Below, piece after piece: positions 58,425-60,740 of a stretch of DNA of 60,740 nt (its first letter is position 1; each line of letters opens with the position of its first letter). The position numbers were made by a program, and so were the translations under genes. Source of the stretch: Bacteroidia bacterium (lineage in GTDB: Bacteria; Bacteroidota; Bacteroidia; Bacteroidales; VadinHA17). The notes under the pieces are model-generated. The model was not told the DNA's origin and searched no databases. It saw nothing but the letters and a program-made list of their open reading frames with translations. Location: assembly GCA_026391215.1 (NCBI GenBank), contig JAPLDX010000133.1, positions 1 through 60,740 on the forward strand, written 5' to 3'.

Positions 58425-58504
58425 ATAATGTTATGGATATGGCAAATAAAAGTAAGAAATTATTGTAATTTAGTACTTGTGGAATGTATTAAAATTGTAT
58501 CGCT

Positions 58505-58987
58505 ATGAAACCAGGAACTTTTACCCGGCTCTATGAGCAGTTAGTATTTGCTGTGAAGTACAGAGAATGTTTATTTAACTAGGGTCAGAGAAAGCAAGTT
58601 TTTTCATATATAAGCGGAATAGTGGCTAACCTTGGGCATAAATCCTTGATTGTTAATGGATATTCTGATCACGTTCATATATTATTTGGCCGCAATCCAT
58701 CACTATCAACTTCAGATACAGTATCAGCTATTAAGAAATCCTCATCTTTTTTCATTAATGAGCAGAAATGGTTTCCTGGGAAGTTCCAATGGCAGGATGG
58801 TTATGGTGCAATTTCATATAGCAGAAGTCAGATTGATGATGTTTATAAGTACATTGCTAATCAGGAAGATCATCATAAATCAAGGAGATTTAGGGAAGAA
58901 TACATAGAAATGTTAAGAAGAGTAGAGATAGATTTTAAAGAGGAATTCCTCTTTGATTTTTTTGATAAAATGAATGATGGTTTGTAG
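58505..58987 (+). pseudogene. IS200/RAYT-type HUH Y1 transposase with an in-frame TAG at 58580
   Basis: ATG 58505 MKPGTFTRLYEQLVFAVKYR..N*GQRK.., then DHVH (HUH), KKSSS, FQWQDGY and YIANQEDHH. Confidence 0.8.
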
Positions 58988-59004
58988 ACCTTAGTATTTT
59001 ATTT

Positions 59005-59256
59005 GATCCTCTACGAGGATCTTATTGCATTGTGTTATCAATTTGCTACAATAATTCGATCCTCTACGAGGATCATTGAATGTAATACGCTGATTAAGAA
59101 TTGATTATTGATGATTCAAAATATTGTCAGATGATTACAGGCCAGCAATTTACTATAGTTAAATGGTGTTATCTGAAGTGCAATAAGATGATCGTAGATC
59201 ATCGAATTATTGTAGGAAAATCAATCAAAAGGTAGTTGCGATGGTTGTAGACCATC
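59005..59256. repeat. REP/BIME-like array: four 17-bp hairpins with GTA loops arranged as two inverted doublets
   Basis: GATCCTC-TAC-GAGGATC at 59005 and 59058; GATGATC-GTA-GATCATC at 59187; GATGGTT-GTA-GACCATC at 59240. Both doublets have 53-bp spacing. Flanks CTACAATAATTCGA / TCGAATTATTGTAG are inverted. Confidence 0.75.
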
Positions 59257-59310
59257 GAATAATATGATAATAGAATAATCTATATCAGGTATCTGACTGA
59301 TCACCGGTAA

Positions 59311-59709
59311 TTATTGAAATAGGCAAGCAGTGTTTTCGGATTGCCAGATGACTATTTCATTTTTGAGGAGATCAGGATTTACATAATCTTCACCATATCC
59401 TATGTATCCGATCATTTCGCCGTTACAATTATAAACAATAAATACTGAATCGGCGAAAGGATTACAATTCCCGGTAATAAAGACCGTCTCGCCTTTGTAG
59501 GCAGCCATTTTAATATAATAGTATCTGGAATACTCAGGGTTCATCTTTTCGACAGTTTCTATCTGGTCTTTTAACCAGGAAAGCTCCTTAACCGGATCAT
59601 CGACACCGCATGTATTTTCGTATTCATCCTTTTCACAGGAAAGGACCAGCATCATGCAAATACTGACCAAAAAAACCGGGGCAGTTAAAAACTTCTTCAT
59701 GTCTTTCAT
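59311..59709 (-). CDS. Small lipoprotein (DUF6970-like)
   Basis: Lipobox LVLSC, CGVDDPVKELSWLK, VYNCNG. Confidence 0.6.
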   Translation of the reverse strand: MKDMKKFLTAPVFLVSICMMLVLSCEKDEYENTCGVDDPVKELSWLKDQIETVEKMNPEYSRYYYIKMAAYKGETVFITGNCNPFADSVFIVYNCNGEMIGYIGYGEDYVNPDLLKNEIVIWQSENTACLFQ

Positions 59710-60359
59710 TTATTTATCCAGCACGGTTCATTACGGATATCAGTATCACTATTAATAAGATCAAGTTTGCAGGAAATGCATTCATTTTTGGATCTGTCAA
59801 TCTCATCATGTATTCTCAGGAACGGGTGTCCCAGGCATTCATTAAAGCTCGGGCTTTCATAATAAATCTCGCCATCGTTTAGGTTATTGATCCCTGACGC
59901 TTCTTCCAGTACAGCTTTCGCATCATTCCGTGAAGAATAATTAAGATGTTCCACCATGACAACTTTGTAAATGCTTGAGCTGAATCCAAATAAATCAAGA
60001 GCACTGTTTATCTGATTTTTATTCAGATAAGTGCTTCTGGGCAGCTGTAATGACGGGTATAAGCCTTGGGTTGAAGGATCAATCCAGATTATGAATTGGT
60101 CAGCTAAGCTTGCTTCTGCCCAGTCGATTTTAACCTTATATTCAACCCTGAATGATTGTCCGTCATTCCAGGAGTCAATTTCCGAAAATGTCGGAGTAAT
60201 ATGTTCATCAAAATATTTCTCAGTCAGATGGTTTCTGGATATGAAAAGCTCCTTCCATATATTGAAATACTCAGTGCAGTTTTCACTTTCACAGAGATCT
60301 GATTTTTCGCAGGACGGAAGAAGGGCAAAAAAGAAACATATTAGAAATATTTTCTTCAT
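59706..60359 (-). CDS. Hypothetical lipoprotein
   Basis: Start MKKIFLICFFFALLPSC (lipobox) at ATG 60359. Confidence 0.6.
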   Translation of the reverse strand: MKKIFLICFFFALLPSCEKSDLCESENCTEYFNIWKELFISRNHLTEKYFDEHITPTFSEIDSWNDGQSFRVEYKVKIDWAEASLADQFIIWIDPSTQGLYPSLQLPRSTYLNKNQINSALDLFGFSSSIYKVVMVEHLNYSSRNDAKAVLEEASGINNLNDGEIYYESPSFNECLGHPFLRIHDEIDRSKNECISCKLDLINSDTDIRNEPCWINK

Positions 60360-60431
60360 GGTCAGCGGGTTTTGAAATGATCCGCACAAAAAATGTACCA
60401 AGCCGTGGAGAAAATATAGCTTAATTTGCTG

Positions 60432-60740
60432 CTACTGGAATATTTTACCAAAATTTGCCTGTAATCCCAGGGAAATGAGAAACGGCTGATAATTGAACTC
60501 AATATGAGTTTCATTAAGCGGAAGCGACACTCCCACCTGTGCAACAGCTTTAATATGATCCCAGCCTAATTTCAGGGTTACTGCCGGTTCAAGGAGAAAG
60601 CCGGCATTATTTACCGTCTCCTGCACCATATTGACTGCCACAAACCGGGTTGATATACCGAAGTCAATTACCTTTGATGTAATACCCAAGGTTGGTTGAA
60701 TAAAGAACCTGGTAAGCTTTACATCTGAACGTGAAATCCA
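60432..60740 (-). CDS. C-terminal part of an outer-membrane beta-barrel-like protein (start outside window)
   Basis: Alternating beta-strands, EPAVTLKLGW, ISLGLQANF. Confidence 0.55.
   Translation of the reverse strand, partial: WISRSDVKLTRFFIQPTLGITSKVIDFGISTRFVAVNMVQETVNNAGFLLEPAVTLKLGWDHIKAVAQVGVSLPLNETHIEFNYQPFLISLGLQANFGKIFQ

Noticed and set aside
58580-58582. Amber recoding (pyrrolysine or an alternative code)
   Set aside because: TAG is used as a normal stop elsewhere (e.g. 25407, 29420, 57431) and no pyl genes are present; a nonsense mutation is simpler.
59005-59256. CRISPR array
   Set aside because: Only four 17-bp units in two orientations with varying sequence; fits REP-like hairpins better.

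Overview
Chromosomal window from a Bacteroidota (probably Bacteroidales-type anaerobe; TAnnTTTG promoter boxes, GAFTDA-type sigma54 activator, DUF4252/ECF locus). Left part (1-19.6 kb): host genes, including a nucleotide-sugar dehydrogenase, a methyltransferase-acyltransferase fusion, an XRE-S24 (LexA-like) repressor divergent from a dinB-dnaE2 mutagenesis operon, a RelA-type RSH and an ECF sigma/anti-sigma/DUF4252 locus. From ~19.65 to ~35.2 kb there is a compact integrated element that starts at a tRNA 3'-end-like fragment. It carries an integrase, an excisionase-like HTH, a retropepsin-like protease, a tail-tip-like protein, a frameshifting tail assembly chaperone pair, a short tape-measure protein, an HK97 prohead protease and major capsid protein, a replication initiator with internal iterons, a second tyrosine recombinase, a cos-like site, an orphan DGR-target-like gene, hicBA and radC. 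I see no terminase, portal, head-tail connectors, tail tube or lysis genes, and the module order is scrambled. This is the best candidate for an undescribed system: a phage satellite that supplies both its own capsid shell and its own tail-length determinant while borrowing the rest from a helper phage. Right part (35-60.7 kb): accessory metabolism and transport (anSME, TolC/MFP/ABC with four MacB-type permeases, sensorless sigma54 activator, GH42, cold-shock protein, QueG-like protein, an interrupted IS200-type HUH transposase with REP-like hairpins). Three cis-regulatory motifs can be read directly from the DNA: TGATTA-N5-TAATCA, TGYAAY-N16-CGTCTT and TGTCTAAT-N-ACA. All family calls come from motif recognition only; no database searches were run.
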